Notes under the pieces: generated by a model
The model's database searches: none
The model's input: the letters and a program-made list of their open reading frames with translations, nothing else
What the model was told of the DNA's origin: nothing
Made by a program: the position numbers and the translations under genes
Part shown: positions 31,639 to 32,000 of the stretch, one piece after another
How positions within the stretch are numbered: the stretch's first letter is position 1
Layout of the letters: each line of letters begins with the position of its first letter
Source: Mycobacterium tuberculosis H37Rv
GTDB taxonomy: Bacteria > Actinomycetota > Actinomycetes > Mycobacteriales > Mycobacteriaceae
Length of the DNA: 32,000 bases
Reading direction: 5' to 3'
NCBI RefSeq assembly: GCF_000195955.2
Contig: NC_000962.3
Coordinates: 3,660,001 to 3,692,000, forward strand

Positions 31639-32000
31639 CTAATGCGCGGCGGCCTGCTCGATGATGTTGACCATCACCCGCAGCCCGATCGCCAGGGCTC
31701 GCTCGTCGATGTCGAACGTCGGCTGATGCAGGTCCAACTGCAGTCCGTCACCGGACCACACGCCCAGTCGAGCCATCGCGCCGGGAACCTCCTCCAAATA
31801 CCAGGAGAAGTCCTCACCACCGCCGGACTGCCGGGTATCGGCCAGCACACCTGGGCCAATAGCCTCAATAGCGTGGGCGAGAATGCGTGTCGAGATTTCC
31901 TCGTTGACCACCGGCGGCACCCCCCGACGGTATTGCAGCGTGTGCTCGATCGCCAACGGTAATAGCAACGCCGAAATGGCTTGGCGGACAAGCTCCTCAA
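31639..32000 (-). CDS. amiA1: M20-family amidohydrolase (N-acyl-L-amino acid amidohydrolase), C-terminal part only
   Basis: The frame is open to the window edge (...EELVRQAISALLLPLAIEHTLQY...). The C-terminal M20 pattern GGEDFSWYLEEVPGAMARLG and HQPTFDIDE is present. The stop is at 31639-31641. Confidence 0.75.
   Translation of the reverse strand, partial: EELVRQAISALLLPLAIEHTLQYRRGVPPVVNEEISTRILAHAIEAIGPGVLADTRQSGGGEDFSWYLEEVPGAMARLGVWSGDGLQLDLHQPTFDIDERALAIGLRVMVNIIEQAAAH

Overview
The window is GC-rich actinobacterial chromosome. From memory, the gene order and protein sequences match the Mycobacterium tuberculosis complex region Rv3277 to Rv3305c (H37Rv names); this needs confirmation by alignment. 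I support 28 protein-coding genes. On the plus strand: a GtrA-like gene (5' partial), accD5, accE5, a maf-like gene, sseA, a sufE-like gene, accA3, a DUF1338 gene, pcd, a tetR-family gene, lhr, nei and a GGCT-like gene. On the minus strand: a bPH-domain membrane gene, birA, sigF, rsbW/usfX, usfY, a small membrane gene, lat, lrpA, a DUF4143 remnant, lpqC, atsB, an rluA-family gene, phoY1, glpD2, lpdA and amiA1 (partial). I found no rRNA, tRNA, IS element, transposase, integrase, prophage gene or CRISPR array. This looks like densely packed core chromosome (carboxylase, stress-sigma, lysine catabolism and DNA repair genes), not an accessory island. I did not find convincing evidence for an undescribed multi-gene system. 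The observations most worth a second look are: (1) a composite 27/36-bp tandem array entangled with the accD5 stop and the accE5 start; (2) a 58-bp hairpin-forming tandem repeat filling the lpdA/Rv3304 divergent promoter region; (3) two SigF-type promoters (rsbW-sigF and phoY1) and one RecA-independent (PafBC-type) DNA-damage promoter directly abutting lhr; (4) a divergent lysine-catabolic cluster whose DUF1338 member may extend the pathway to 2-hydroxyglutarate; (5) an N-terminally truncated DUF4143 gene whose doubtful 5' region carries helically phased ATTCGCG repeats; (6) a three-part AtsB sulfatase. All coordinates were derived by hand counting. All family assignments are motif or recall based, and no searches were run.
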